Shown in pieces: positions 13,526 through 27,308 of a DNA stretch of 64,000 nucleotides. A program made the translations under genes and the position numbers. Position 1 is the stretch's first letter; every line of letters begins with the position of its first letter. The notes under the pieces are model-generated. The model saw nothing but the letters and a program-made list of their open reading frames with translations. It searched no databases and was not told the DNA's origin. This DNA is from Octopus sinensis (taxonomy: Eukaryota): the NCBI RefSeq assembly GCF_006345805.1, contig NC_043008.1:72478001-72542000 (forward strand), written 5' to 3'.

Positions 13526-16500
13526 ATTATTTATAAAATGTAGTCATACAATTGATTATAGATATAGACTTGTTATTCAATCATTTGATATATGAGTGTT
13601 TGAGTTACACATCTAATTGAATATATTGTTTTTCTCGGATTATATATGAATATATATAGTGTGTATATGTGTGTGCTTGCCTAAATGTATTGGTATATCT
13701 GTATGAAGCAAAAAGCATCTGTATGCCTAGACAGTTCTCTTTCAGCCCTGCTGATTTGATAATGTGGAGAGACAGACAGGTGGGGCACTATTGTGATATG
13801 GGATATTGCTTGAAGATATTCCTATGCTACACCATGCAACAACTGATATGATACCATACCAAGTCATTGTTTAACTAATCTATGTAATATCAAATTACCT
13901 TAAATTAATAACTTATGACAAAGTTACTATCATAAGTGCAAGTATAAATGTGGGCTGAAGAAGTCACTTTATAATCACACAGTTCCAGGTTTCATTCCAC
14001 TGTATGGCATCTCAGGCAATTGCCATCTACTGTAGCCTTGCTTGATCAGTGAATTTTGACAGAAATTTCTCAGATAGAAACTGCAGAGGTTTGTCTGCTA
14101 TTCATTCATTTGAATTTGTTTTGCAAGAATTTTTATTAGAAATCTCATAATAAACCTGATAACATTAAACATTTGGGAGGGTCATATTGTTAATGAACAC
14201 ATTCAAGGTTGCTTACTTCATTTTGCTTGCAATCCATTGTCAAAAGCACATCTGGATGCCTTAACATGTCTTCACATGATCTTTGTAACCAAAAGACTTG
14301 TTGCAGTATTGTTTGCTTCCAATTCTGCAAGTAAACATGTTCAGGCTGTCTGTTGTTCAGAGACTAGAAAATTATCAATTCACCAGGAAATAGGTTGTGG
14401 GGTTGGTGACAAGAAGGGAGTTCAGCTGCAAAAAAATCTTGACCCAATATATGCTTTTCTGGCATCATGTAATATGGAAAAATAATCATAAAAATGGTGT
14501 GTGTGTGTGTAATGTATATATGTAATGGTTGCATGTAATGTATGTATGTATTGCATGTATGTGTTGGTTTTAATGTTTATCAGTGTCGTCAACAAGCGTA
14601 ATTCAGCAATTTGGTTAGTAATAATCTATCAGATAGGAAGCAGACTGAAAAAATGTATCAGAGTCCAAACAAAACTTGTGTCTCAGGATGACCAAAGTCC
14701 AGTGACTGAAATCAGTAACAGAACATTATTATTCAGTCTGTATTTCTGGACAAAACAAGACTATTATTAGTTCTGGAGTATTCCAGGGAATTTTGTTTAT
14801 AACACCCCTACAACAATGAATTCTGTAATGTTCTTTTTGTCTGTTATTGCTAAATGAATACCAGATCATTCTATATAGAAGTATCAGCTCATATTTATCC
14901 AGGACTGAACTGATAACAAGATTTATACCTTGTTGTCCCAGTGGCTCAGTCCACTTGGCTGTAAGGAAATTTTCATTTGTATGTACTGTTTATAACACTA
15001 ATCAGGTACAATCTAATTTTTTGATTTTGTACATAACTGTCTTCTCTGCTGGAGATAATGCAGGACAGCTGCAATGATGATGATGCCTTTTGATATAGAA
15101 ACACATATCCACAGCTGTCCTCTTGTTTCTAGACAATAACTCTACTTCTTTAATGACATGTCATTTCTGAAAATTCTTCATTATTCTGATTGTCTCCCCT
15201 TCTCATGTGGTTGGTCCCAGTTGCTACAAAGTCATTGTTCTAATTTGTCTACATGTGAGGAAAATTTCAGTCAACTAAGATTCCCTCTAAGAAACCTTTA
15301 TTTGTCTTTATCTAGATAAATGCTGCTAGTTGCTCTGAATTATTTATCTTACCTCTTGTATCACATCATAGCTTTGATTATTTAGTAGTAAATAAGTACT
15401 GGTTGAATGTATCTATGAACAAAAGCAGTTCATATTTGACTATCCTGTCTTTTTACAAACTATATGATGCAAGTGCTATGTTTATAAGATGTAGGGATCT
15501 GATTTGAGAAACAGATATGGCTAGTATTTCTAACGTGGTTGTGACTTTAGCATTTCTGTTGTTGGCTTCTGAATGGGCCAGCCAGATATTGGAGCATATT
15601 TTTAAGAATATAAAGAGCTTTTCAAGGCTCCTTAACTGTATAAGCTAGATCCTGGGCCAGTAGATTATGGTTTGGGAAGAAAGAGAAAGAAGTATGGTTC
15701 TTGTAGGTCATCAAACAGATATTCAGCAACAACTGAATATTTCACATGATAAGCTAATCTCTGCAGTATTGTCAAATGTGTGTGCATGTTGGTGAAATAT
15801 GTGTTGATATATGTGTGTATAATTTTATTTACCATGTTCGTGCACACTTCAATAGGACAGAAATTCTCTTTATAGACAATATGTATGCAAAACACAGTGG
15901 AAACTGTCTCTAGAAAGAAAGTCTCCTCATAGATGAAGCTAATTTCATGACTGACTTCACTCTAATGTGTTAAATACAATTGTACACACTTATATTTCAA
16001 TCATTGCTGTGTAATGTCTCTAATTAATAGCATGTGTGTGTATTTAATACTTTTGAAGTTTCGCATCAAATCTTGACAATTTAGCTAATTCTATTAGAAA
16101 ACATCACTAGACTACTGTGTATGCTGCTATTAACTCTCTCTAGAATAAGAATCCTCTAGTAGGAATATTTGGCTGTTTTGAAAAGCTATAAAAATGTTTG
16201 TTCCAAAGGCACTTACAAACATTTGCTCTTCTAGAACCTGCAAACCCTAAGTAGCTATCACAGTGAAACATCTAGAATAAAAGGAAATTTATTTCCCTGC
16301 ATTATATGGCATTCTGCTTCCTTTTTGGATCAAGTTAGACAAATGAAGAATTTTAATGGAATATGACACAAACTCTGATTTTATGTGATATCCTTTCTTA
16401 TATGTTAAATTGCTTAGCAGATGGTTTGCTAAAGTAGTGTAAAGAATTTTAACCAAAAACTATTGTTTATTGAGTTGAATGGATTCTGGTTAGAAATACT

Positions 16501-18507
16501 GTTAAGAAGAATACATTTGCAGAACATGGTCTTCAAAGTTGTTTTTCGTACTATTTTATCTAACCAGTGTGCAATGCAAGAATGCAACACTTTATTGAAA
16601 TTTATGTCTTCTAAATCCGTCAAAGGTGTAAGAATCTTGTTTCAATTGGTAGCATGTTGTGAATGAGGCAGAGTTGGTGTGTAAAATTCAAACAAAAGTT
16701 TCCTTAGAATAGCAGCTAATATGGTCAGAAGAACCGGATGTAGAAATGGTTCAATGCTATGATGAAGGTTATAGATTTAGCTGAACAAGCAGAATAAGCT
16801 CTTTCATGAAAATAATGGTGATAATAATGGTGGTAGTAGTGGTGGGGGTTGGGTTGGAATCATGAAGATAATAGTGTAGACTGTCATGATGATGATGATG
16901 GCATTTCCTTCTAGTTGGTTTTAAATCTTGAAAATCTCTGGTTGTTTCTATAGAAAATAGGAGATAATATACTTCCTCTTTGGAACTGTGAATAGTTTAG
17001 TCTTTGATTATCTCTCTTACAACCAACCGTTTCAAGCAGACTAGAATCTATTCAACAGATTCAATGAACGTTTGGAATACAAAATAATAATAATAATATA
17101 AAAAAAGGTAAAATGAAATCTCCCAGACCTGAATTGAACCACTGTAGCCTGCCTTTATGCATTACTCATACAGTCATTGATTTCTAAATTTTACTGATCA
17201 TTTGGTATTGCTGCAAAGGTCATCAAGTTTTGACTAGGGGGTGGGGGCATCTATTTTCAGCACAAAGGGTTGAAACCTGTTAGCTAACATTTGTTGTACT
17301 GCAGTGCTGCTTATAAACAAGTAGAACTCTGAAGCCATGAGTTATGTGTTCAATCCTTTCAGTAATACAGCTTCCTTACTGCCAAAGAGAATTTCTAAAT
17401 ATAAAACTATGTTTAGTTTATCTTTGACTGTTGAGCCATTATTAAAATTTACTCTTCTTTTATGCTTTATTTTGCAAGTGTCCTTGAAGTCAGCTTTTGT
17501 AAAACTATTATGATAGTTCTCTGAAAATGTTCCAATAGTTTGTTGCAAAAATATTCAGATAATTCTTTGTAAAATATTTTGATAACTCATCATGAAATAT
17601 GATTCTTTGTTCTTTCTTTTATTTCTCTTATCGCTTTTTCCTCTTTTTTCTCTGTCTTTTCCAGTTACAGCTTTAATTAGCTTGACATTAACAACATTGG
17701 TCTATCACAAATATCAAAACAGCTTGCACTGGACATTAGAATGATAAAATAAACTTCAACAGTGTTTTACAACTTGTAGACATTGTAGATATTTTAGTGA
17801 CAAAATACACCAGTGAAACTTATATTAAAGTATCGTTCACATAGAACTATTACAACATCTCGGACCAAACAACCAGTTTACTGATTGACTGGTAGGCATT
17901 GATAATTCATTCAGCAACACATTTCAACCATTAGCAGATAAACATGCAGCTTTTTGTCTCTGTTTGCCTTCTCTGACAATGCTATCACAATAGCCTATAT
18001 TCTTCTGAACTAGGTAAGTCTATACTCTCTTCTATCATGATACATCTACTACAATAGCCTCTCTTCTAAACAAAGTGTATACTACCATCAATGCTACTTC
18101 TACTAAAATAACCTCTATTCTATTAACTAGTTGACCACACACACACACATACACACACACACATACACACACACACATACACACACACACATACACACAC
18201 TCTATTCTGAACTAGCCAACTGCGACCTTTTCAATTAGATATTCCTGACTTTATCTCTACCTTCTGACTCCATTTTTTCTCTCCTCAGAATTACAATCTT
18301 CTGGAATTTCCTGCCCACCCAAAATATTCTAGCAAACATTGATCTCTAGATGTTAAACCTGAACATTATATCCATCTTCTCCTTTCAGTTTGGAAGTGCT
18401 CCAGATACCAAGGTCACTGCACTCTACCGCTTCCTTGACTAGAGTATTAAACAAAATATTCAAAATAGTGCTGGGAATATGAAACAGATTTATTGTACTT
18501 TCATTTT

Positions 18508-18630
18508 CATTGTTGTTGTTGTTGTTGTTGTTGTGTTGTTGTTGTTGTTGTTGTTGTTGTTGTCGTCGTCGTCGTCGTCGTCGCCGCCGCCGCCGCCGCT
18601 GCTGCTGTTGTTGTTTATATTGTTGTTGTT
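18508..18630. repeat. Compound trinucleotide microsatellite (GTT)n-(GTC)n-(GCC)n-(GCT)n-(GTT)n
   Basis: Direct inspection. Confidence 0.95.
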
Positions 18631-18644
18631 ATGTAATAGACACA

Positions 18645-18990
18645 TCATGATGATCATCATAATCATTTAACGTCCACTTTCCATGCTGGCATGGGTTGGA
18701 CCATTTGACTTAGGGCTAGCAAGCCAGAAGGCTGCACCAGGCTCCAGTCTGATCTGGCAAAGTTTCTACAGCTGGATGACCTTCCTAAGGCCAATCACTC
18801 CAAGAGTGTAGTGGGTGCTTTTTACATGCCACCAGCATGAGGGCCAGTCAGGCAGTACTGGCATCGACCACGCTTGAATGGTGCCTTTTACATGCTATCG
18901 GCATGGAAGACAGTCGGGTGACACTGGCAACAACCATGCTCGAATGGTGCTTTTTACGTGCCACCAGCATGAGGGCCAGTCAGGCAGTCA
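18645..18990 (-). mobile_element. RTE 3'-UTR fragment; similar pieces at about 2794, 8125, 9955, 24961, 26640, 27309, 28003, 34075, 35636, 38260, 39790, 46224, 51408
   Basis: (CAT)n-ttaacgtccactttccatgctggcatgggttgga...ctacagctggatg...gtgtagtgggtgctttttacatgccacc has the same layout as 58583-58780. Confidence 0.85.
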
Positions 18991-19033
18991 ACCCATTTCT
19001 CCACAAGAATTATACCCATGACCCCAATATATA

Positions 19034-19421
19034 TCTCTCTCTATATAAACGGCAGTTTGTCTGTGCGTGTTTCTGTGTGTCTGTTTTCTCGTACCCTCAC
19101 CCTGACCACGGCTTTCAACCGATTCTGATGAAACTTGACACACACATAGCCCAATGTCATAATTCAAAACTAACGCAGCGAAAATTTTGAAAAGTTCCCC
19201 CAGTTCTGAAAAAAATCAATAAATTCGACATGGGGTCGAGAATAAAAAAAAACAAACCACAGACTGTCTAGGGGACGCAACTCAACCTTTTATTACTCTC
19301 AAAAAAAAAATTTACCATCATTTTTTTTCCATTTTTTTGCTATTTTTTAGCTATAACTCTCTAAAAATGCTTTATAGTTATTTCCCTTACAAACCTGAGC
19401 AACGCCGGGCGATACTGCTAG
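19034..19421 (+). mobile_element. Non-autonomous Helitron
   Basis: Starts TC (tctctctctatataaacggc) after an A and ends with hairpin cctgagcaacgccggg then CTAG followed by T; no TIR or TSD. Confidence 0.8.
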
Positions 19422-21934
19422 TATATATATAAAATAATTAAATAGTGCAATGCAATAGAATTGCTGTCCAGTAAAACAAAGCACCACAAGGTTAAAGTAT
19501 AAATATAGAATAGTGGTACAACAATGCACCAATGTAAAGTATACTAGCCATCTTAATATGTGAAAATAGCAGTTGATAAAATACGATGCAATAGTAAAGC
19601 TTCACTGTGTATATACTGGCAAAGATAAAAAATGTCATCTCATCTGTAGGAAAAACATTAGAAAAATGTACAACCCAGATGTGGATAATCTAGAACCTAG
19701 GTTTTGAACTCCTTGCCAGTATATACACAGCATCATATATTATCAGCTGCTATTTCCACTAAATATTGGAGCATTGTTGTACCGCAATATATTTATTTAT
19801 TTTATTTTTATTTTATCTAGTTTCAGCTCATGAGCTGTGGCCATGCTGGGGCACCGCCATATATATATATATATATTATATATATATATATATATATTAT
19901 ACTTTATTATATTAATATATATTATATTTATACATGTATATATTCATTATCATTGTATATCATCTGTCCAAATCTTTAGATTATCCTTCCATATAATTCA
20001 TAGTTTTTCCTCTTCTTCCTCAGCCATTTATTTTGCTTTTTATTAATAACTTATGAAAACTATGAAGTCAAAAAGCTTGAAGCTCTGGTGTCATCCACTA
20101 AGCTAGATGCCAGTGTTGATATTATAGATGAGACTATAGGGCTATAGGAATGACAAGAAGCACCCAGAGTCCAATCTCATTCTGCATGAAAGCTAAATAC
20201 CTACATTTAATTCTTAATAAATAAATATTTCTGAGCTGTCTCCATTACCTTTCTCGACTAAAATTTCTCATTTAAAATTAATCTTTTCTCCCTACTGTGA
20301 TTGTAATTTAATATAAAAGTTATTACTTTAATTACATTAACATTACCTTTACCAGGATTTTTTTAATCATTTACTCTTTATACCATTAAGTTAATCTATC
20401 TGGTTCATAAACCAATTTTGCTTCCAAGTGAAATGAACAATACAAGGCTTTTTCCAAATACACAACACGACCATTGATAGAATCCAAACAAGTAGCTCTT
20501 CACCTGAGACTTACAGCTTAATCATTAGCCCATAACATTCACAGAACAAATCATAGCATTTGGAGAATGAGATGTTATCTCCAGATAAATCAATGACTGT
20601 TTTGTTTTGTGTATAATTAGGCAAACCTTATTGGATTGTCAATGTGGTTGTTTCGTTAACAGAATGCCATTTAACCGTTTAGTGGTCAAAGCTAGCATAC
20701 TTTCATACTGTAAGTAATTGAGAACTGTTCCACTAATAAATTAGGTTTTAATTGGAACTGTAAATGGGGATTTAATGCAGATCTTTAAACACAAGAACAC
20801 TCAGACTGATAATGATAATAAAGGCATTTCTTGTGACAATAACATTCTGAAATTACTTCTTGATCTATTAGATTATAGAACAGCTTTCCATGAACACTGC
20901 GCAACAGTCTACTGTATAAGTCATTCTCACTTAGAGTTTATTGAAAAACAATGTTGTAGACTACCTTCTTAAAATATGATATATTTCTAGAACTTTGGTT
21001 CTGTGTTCTAATTCTGATCAGATCAAGTTTTAGGATTCAGTGTGAAAAATTCTAATAGTAAATGGCATTAACAACGTTATTACCCTATTTCTCTTGAAAT
21101 AGACTTGCCTTTGTTTTCAATTAATTTTGAAAATAATGAAGAACTTAGTAAACTAATTTTGTCATTAATAAGATGGTGTCTGAAATAAATGGTCCTAAAC
21201 AGGAAGTATCATTGAACCAGGGGTAGCCTCAGGATGCAGGTTGGTATCAAATTGGTGAAGGAGATGAATATTGCTGTTACACTTGGTGTTTAACTCAAGG
21301 TCCATCATCATCATCATGTATTGTATGCTTTTGCAGTGTGTTGCTGATACTATGGTGAAGCCTTCTCAATTAAGCACAAGTTCTCCCATCAGGTGAATCC
21401 ATAATATTACTTCATTCTGACTTTCTCACAGTGTTTTCTTGGCAGAGATATTGGGGTGGTTTGCCATTGCCTTCTGGCCCACAAGAAAGGATAATTGCCA
21501 CTGGCTCACAAGGAATTCACCTGGCCTTTGACAGGTCTTGCTTTTCAATCCTGCAAGGTGTACAGACACCTTCATTACAAGAGTAACAAGCTACTAAAGT
21601 GGAGGGAACTGGTTTAGTTGTTGACCACTTGATCATGAAACATGTAGTACTAATTTATATGGTACCAGTAGCAGACCTCGTCAACCTGTGATGAGATCCC
21701 TAATCTGACTATATTACATCTAAGAAAAAAAATTATGATCAAAAGCATTACAGCTGTGACCATCATGTTTTGTATTATATCTATCTTTACCTTGTCTAAT
21801 GCCTTCCTATTTCATATTCTCAACTGAGTAATATTTTGAGTAGTATTTTGGCTGGTGTTTCTAACACATCATTCAAGATTGTAGAGGCTTCCTCACCAAC
21901 TTCTAGAAGAAGGGTTTATGAAAGTTGTTACAGG

Positions 21935-22800
21935 AATTATTGTGGTAGCGGTTTTTCTTTCATTTTGACAATTTCGTAGCAATATGCTTCTACAGTATGG
22001 TTTTTCTGGGGTTTAAGATGTTACAGTGGATGAATCCAGCAGAAAACTGCCAAACAGTTACCATAACCTTGTTTTTGAAGAGCTTGGGTTTAGAGAAGAT
22101 TTTGGTGCTTCATTTAGTCCAACCACTGCAAAGAATGTTCTTTATTATTGTAGAGAATCCACTTACCATTGCAAGTTACAATGCGGTTGAGAAATGGATT
22201 GGTCTGGTTACAAAGAAACAAGAAACAAATTTCATATCTGCACATTTTTTGATTTTCATTCAAATTATGAGGTTCCCATTTGTCAAGCTCTTTTGATTTT
22301 CCAATCACATGCAAATGGTTGCAGGCAGTTTTCTAACTAATTTGAAGTTCTTTTGCCAGTTCTCAAGTGGTTTTATGTGTATCTTTCTCAATGATGGTCT
22401 TTAAATGACAAATTAGTGTCCACTATGCTCATGATCTTCAAGGCTCAGGTTTCCACTACGAGATCATTTAAGCTCTTTTCATGCTGGCCACACACTGGTC
22501 ATTTCCTCATCAAATGTTTTGTTGATATCACAAGCAGTTTCAGCTACTTTATGTCCTTTTTTGAAGTTGAATAACAAAATTGCTTGAATATCGAGCTTTG
22601 ACAGTCCCATTTCAGATGATTGTAACAACAGTGAAAAGAATATCAATGTTAATTCATTGATGCATTTGGGCAAGTCTATGTCTGTATTTTCAGATAATTG
22701 GAAGAAAATGTTTAAAAAAGTTTTTAAACTCTGCCAAAAGTCCGGTACAAATTCTTAATGGTTCAAAAATATAAGTTACTTTTTGTTCAATCTGATAAGA
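21935..22800 (-). mobile_element. Degenerate mariner (Mos1/Hsmar-like) transposase remnant
   Basis: MGLSKLDIQAILLFNFKKGHKVAETACDINKTF (HTH), LDKWEPHNLNENQK (WVPHEL-like) and FLNRIVTCNGKWILYNN (decayed first-D motif); frameshifted; ends approximate. Confidence 0.85.
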
Positions 22801-23070
22801 ATGGGCGTTATTCATAATAAAGTACGATAAAGTATAAAGTATAAAGTATAAAACAGTTATGGTAGATAAGCAACTCTCTTACAGCTGCTTCTGGAATATG
22901 TGAGCAAGAGGATCATCATTGGAGAGATTGAGGAAAAGTGGTGTAGAAAACAGATCCTTAGTTGAGGATACTATGTAAGTATGACATGGTCATATGTCAT
23001 ACATGCAAGCATACATACATACATATATACATACATACATATATACAAACATACATACATGTTTCAATGT

Positions 23071-25250
23071 GACTAGACTACAAGAAAGCCTTTGACTTTG
23101 TTCCCCTCTCATGGAAGCTAGAAGACCTTCAACTTGCTAAAGTTCCAGTGAGCATAGTCATAGCCATAGCTGACCTGACTTCATCGTGTTAAGGAAGTCT
23201 GAAGGAAAACTCAATGGTTCACAAGGAAACAGAAATACCAAAATTACACATTGTTTCTTTGTGAATGACTTGAAACCTTATGCAAAGAATATGTACAAGA
23301 TGAAAAAGAGCCTTGACCTAGTTACAACATTCTCAAAGGATGCAGGGTTGGAGTTTGGTCAGGATAAATGTTGTTATATGGCTGTGGAAAGGGGGAAAAC
23401 TGTAAACCAGACTAGCAACATTTGTGTCAAGGATTTGACTGTTTCCCCTATATCTGATGAGAAATGTTACAAGTATCTAGAGGTGAATGAAAACAAATCT
23501 TACAATGGAACCTGTAACAAAACATGTGTCAATAAAGAATATTACAGCCAAATAAAGAAAATTTGAACCTCAGAACTCTCTGCATTCAATAAAACAGTGA
23601 CCCACAATGTGTTTGCAGTGCCAGTACACATACCAACATTTGGGCTGCTTGATTGGATGTTTGATGAGATCTGAGCCATTGATGTGAAAACCTGAAAAAT
23701 ACTAACAAGCATACATAATTTCTACATAAATAGTAATGTAAAACACCTGTACCTAAAATGAAAACAAGGTGGCAAAGGCTTAACATTGATCCAAAATACC
23801 TTTGAATGTCTTATCATATCCCTTCAGCAACATCTTTTAACCACCAAGTGTCAAAGTGCAACCCTTGAACAAGTTTGCATACATGAAGCTGATAACATCA
23901 TAAGACTTGGAAAGCAGCTCATTGAGTAATATTCCTTGTCTTATAACCTTAAACACATGCCCAAATAAGTCGCATGACTCTACTGCAATGAATCATCATA
24001 TGAAAGGATGAGCAGAAGACACTGTATGGATATGTTAGTAGAAAGCTCCGAGAGGATAATAATGTTGATCATCAAAGCAGTCTATCATGGACCAGTAGCC
24101 AGATTACTACCCCCTACTTTGAAGGATATATGTTTGCAATCCAGGAACAGGAAATATCAACCAAATACCTGATGCACAAAAAAGTGATAAAGATGCAGGA
24201 AAAGCAGTAAAATGTGACATCCAATGCAGACGTTAGGGAGTTCACATTGAAGATATCGTCCACATCATAAGCAGTTGTATGGAAGTGTCATCATGTTATT
24301 ATCTACTGATGAGACTTGATATTGTAGCTAGGACACTCTATTATGAAATCTGTTGGGAGGATAACCCCAAGGACAAAGAAATAAGAACCCACAGTATGGT
24401 AGAAGCCATAATAAAAACGAGTACTGGTGGAATGTCTCAGTGAAAATCTCAATAAAATATAAGCACAACAGATCTGATATAATGATTTGGGTTAGAAAAG
24501 GAAAACTGTGTATAGTTGAGGAAATTAGCTGCCCAGCAGATGTTAACATAAAGCTGAAGATAAGCAAAAAAGTGAATACCCACACTGAACTTTTGAGAAA
24601 TCTGCAGTTACGCTATCCAGATTACAAGTTCAGGTTTATACCTATAATTATTGGGGCCCTGAGATATGTAACAGACTGCCTAAATACCAATCTTCGGAAA
24701 TCAGGTTTCTCAAAACCAGAAAGGAGAAAGCTAATTCGAAGATTACAGATCCAGTCCATCACTGGAACTGTAAAAATCTGTAAAACTTTCCACAAGTTTA
24801 TCATTTAAATATATTTGAGCATGTCTAGATATGCAACTATATGCATGAGAATACATACATGAAACAAAACATTCAAATCTGCACATATACATACAAAAAG
24901 AAACGGCTTGTCGTTGATTTTGAAATTCCAGTGATCTAGGTTAGAAACCAGCTCTTTCTCTCGTCATCGTTATCATTATCATTTAATGTCCAGGGCTAGC
25001 AAGACAGAAGGCTGCACCGGACTCAAGTCTGATTAGGCATGGTTTCTACAACTAGATGCCCTTCCTAATGCCAATCACTTCAAGAGTGCAATAGGTGCTT
25101 CTATGTGCCACCAGCACAGATGTCATTTATGTGACACCAGTGTCTGCCACAACAGTGATTTTGCTTGGCTTGATCCCCTTCTTCTCAAGCACAGCATAAT
25201 GTCAATGTCTCAGTCTGGAAAGAAATCTTGAAATAAAACTGAATAATGAC
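23071..25250 (+). mobile_element. 5'-truncated R4/Dong-type LINE with restriction-like endonuclease, interrupted by an RTE 3' fragment at 24961-25215
   Basis: DYKKAFD at the start; HCFFVNDLKPYAK...FSKDAGLEFGQDKC (RT); FAIQEQEISTKY and a CCHC knuckle remnant; RSDIMIW...IVEEISCP...K (PD-(D/E)xK) in ORF 24440-24808; flanked by (TACA)-type repeats. Confidence 0.85.
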
Positions 25251-26198
25251 ATACATATATGCATACACAGGTGTATACATGGCTGTCTGTTTATGAAATT
25301 TGCATCACAACCATATGGTTTTCTCTGGGCCAACAAAAGCTTCGAGTGTATATATGTATGTATGCACACATACATATGCAATGGGTTTATGTGCAGTTGT
25401 CTTTATCAAATACCTCACACACTAGGTATAGGTTGATAAATGAGGTGGGGAGAACACTTAACCAACCTGCTAGGGTTCAATGATCAAACATAGAAGCAAG
25501 TATATGTGAAGCAGACCCTGCTACAAACAACAGCCAAATATTCTTCACATCACATCCAAGTTAATAACATTGAGCAATGTCAAACTTTGATATACATACA
25601 AAAGGTTGGTATGATCACAACTGAAACACCCTTAATTCAGATGATCAAGATTGGCCAAACAATAACATACACAATCTGAAAGCATATAAATAAAACAAAA
25701 TAAGGGTATGAAGTATCTCAGAGGACTGTTTCCATCTAAGAGTTAGTTGATAAACAAAACAGCACCAGCAAGAATCATATTTCAGAATTATAGAATACAA
25801 GATCAAGGTAATCTTTTCCAAATTATTATTTCAGAATAATTTGTTAAAACACAAAACAAAAAAGTATATATCATATATGAAATAGAGAACTAAAAAATAT
25901 ATATAAAAAAAAATCAATATTATTTTATTGTTAATTTCCATCCTGTGTATTAGACTTTTATAACGACTTCTTGGTGCAATCAACGGTAGCTAGATAACAA
26001 TTTGGACAAAATCAATAATAATCTGATAACAATTACTATGTAATCAATGTTGTTTTTCAGGATATTCCCCGACATTTCATTGGCTTCACTTTCAACATAT
26101 TACATGCCTCACTTGAATACTTTCATCAGAAATCCTCCAGATGCAATATTGATGCCAGTTTTAAACAGATTATTATTTACCAATAAAGAATAACACAC

Positions 26199-26241
<43 letters not shown>

Positions 26242-27059
26242 TGATAAATGCTGGAGAATTTTTATTACAAGTTGCAAAATCAGGCTAATAATAATTATAT
26301 TATTAAAAGAAAAAGTGCTCATGTTGCAAATGTGAAAATATGAGTAGTTTGGTTGTTGAGAAGTGGTGTTTTAATATGTTTGAGTATTGATTTGTGATGT
26401 TGCCTGTAAATACATGATTCACTTGTTGTGAATAGAGAACAGCTACCAGAGTGAAAGATATTAATCCATTGTTGCCTGTGGACTCCCATCTATTTTCCAC
26501 TCCTTACTAACAGCTATATAGTTCATAATTATACAAGGGCCTCTAAAATGGGAATGACTTCTACTGTTAGTGCCCTTATGAATCCACTCAGTACATTCTA
26601 TAAAGTGGTTGTTGAGTGACTGGAAATGTGGGAAGGAGCTGGTCCATCGTTGAGAAGACCTGTCAAAACAAGTGAGATTGTAGTCATGGCCAATGCCAGT
26701 GTTTCATAATTGGCATCCATCCCAGAGGTATAAAAAAAACATCCACTTCACTCTTCGAAGTGTTAGGAAGGGCATCAAGCTGTAGAAGCAATGCCAAATA
26801 AAACTCAAACCTAGTGAAGCTCCCAGTTTTCAGTAAAACAATCAAACTCATGCCAGTATGGAAGATGGACGTTGAATGATGATGGTGATATAAAAATATA
26901 TATATGCATATATATATATATATATGTATGTATGTATGTATATATATATGTACATGTATGTATGTATATATATATATATATATATGCATATACAGATATA
27001 TTTATGTACATACAGGTATATATATATAAGAATATATGTATATATATATATATATATAT

Positions 27060-27292
27060 TTCTTTACTACTCACAAGTGGCTAAACATAGAGGGGACAAA
27101 CAAGGACAGATAAAGGGATTAAGTCGATTACATCGACCCCAGTATGTAACTGGTACTTAATTTATCGACCCTGAAAGGATGAAAGGCAAAGTCGACCTCG
27201 GCGGAAATTGAACCCAGAACGTAACGGAATTTGAACCCAGAAATACGGCTATGCATTTCGCCTGGCGCGCTAACGTTTCTGCCAGCTCGCCT
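27060..27292 (-). mobile_element. tRNA-SINE, well-preserved copy
   Basis: Minus strand ggcgagctggcagaaacgttagcgcgccaggcgaaatgc...gttctgggttcaatttccgccgaggtcgactttgcctttcatcctttcagggtcgataaattaagtacc; CpGs retained. Confidence 0.85.
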
Positions 27293-27308
27293 TATATATA
27301 TATATATA

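Noticed and set aside
15778-15848. Imperfect hairpins as pre-miRNA candidates (also 12944-12964 and 55789-55839)
   Set aside because: Stems are short or interrupted, no match to a miRNA I recognise, and expected by chance in AT/TG-rich DNA.
17020-17062. Minus-strand CUGUUGA...GAAACGGUU, hammerhead-like
   Set aside because: A6 is mutated, stem I does not pair, and there is no inverted-repeat or microsatellite context.
26050-26186. ttttcag acceptor followed by about 41 open codons
   Set aside because: No recognisable protein similarity and no linked exons.
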